Of a stretch of DNA of 64,000 bases, positions 63,736-64,000 are shown piece by piece (the first letter of the stretch is position 1; every line of letters starts with the position of its first letter). The translations under genes were made by a program, and so were the position numbers. The stretch lies in contig BQFW01000003.1 in the NCBI GenBank assembly GCA_020891255.1, forward strand, positions 62,001 to 126,000, written 5' to 3'. The stretch is from Entomortierella parvispora E1425. Taxonomy: Eukaryota > Fungi > Mortierellomycota. The notes beneath the pieces are model-generated. The model did not search any database and was not told the DNA's origin. It saw only the letters and a program-made list of their open reading frames with translations.

Positions 63736-64000
63736 ATGTCGGAGACCCCCATCAATCCTGGTTCATTCAATCCACAACTCCAGTTTTCACCCACAAACAT
63801 GCTTGGTCGCGTTAATCGTAAGTGCTCACCCGGTCGTCCTTTTGGACTGACACTTACGCATAGCTCCTCTCCCCGTGCCTCGCACAAAGAAGGACAATTG
63901 CAAACTAACCATCGATTTTTGACATCTCGCGCCGTCCAATCTTTGTAGCCACATCTGTAAATGGTGCCAGTCCAGGGATGCCAATCAGGAATATGTATAC
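63736..64000 (+). CDS. 5' end of an unidentified gene, cut by the window edge
   Basis: MSETPINPGSFNPQLQFSPTNMLGRVN, then a GTAAGT..CTAAC..TAG intron, then a phase-consistent PTSVNGASPGMPIRNMY. Confidence 0.55.

Overview
This is gene-dense, intron-rich eukaryotic DNA from a fungus. It is most likely an early-diverging Mucoromycota/Mortierellaceae-type genome, inferred from short GT-AG introns, a cobalamin adenosyltransferase gene and abundant microsatellites. About 21 protein-coding genes can be traced by hand across introns: a divergent eIF4E (cut by the window edge), ERO1, a GH31 alpha-glucosidase, two convergent Cdc25-like RasGEF paralogues flanking a Tho1/SARNP gene, a CaM kinase, an MFSD5-like transporter, an OSCA/TMEM63 channel, GDH2, MMAB, NDUFA13, SAH1, a Psr1/CTDSP phosphatase, a DENND11-like protein, prefoldin 3, a FUBP/PSI-like KH protein, RCC1, three orphan ORFs and a partial gene at the right edge. 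I found no tRNA, rRNA, CRISPR array or intact transposon. The most interesting signals are at the splicing level: 8-nt and 11-nt microexons in the kinase (one carries the catalytic Asp), a candidate poison exon in the KH protein, and a GC-AG intron. Also notable are an eIF4E lacking the eIF4G-binding surface and an orphan perfect-heptad coiled-coil ORF between a 12-bp minisatellite and a poly(A) tract. All gene models are manual and unvalidated, and family assignments come from recognised motifs, not database searches.
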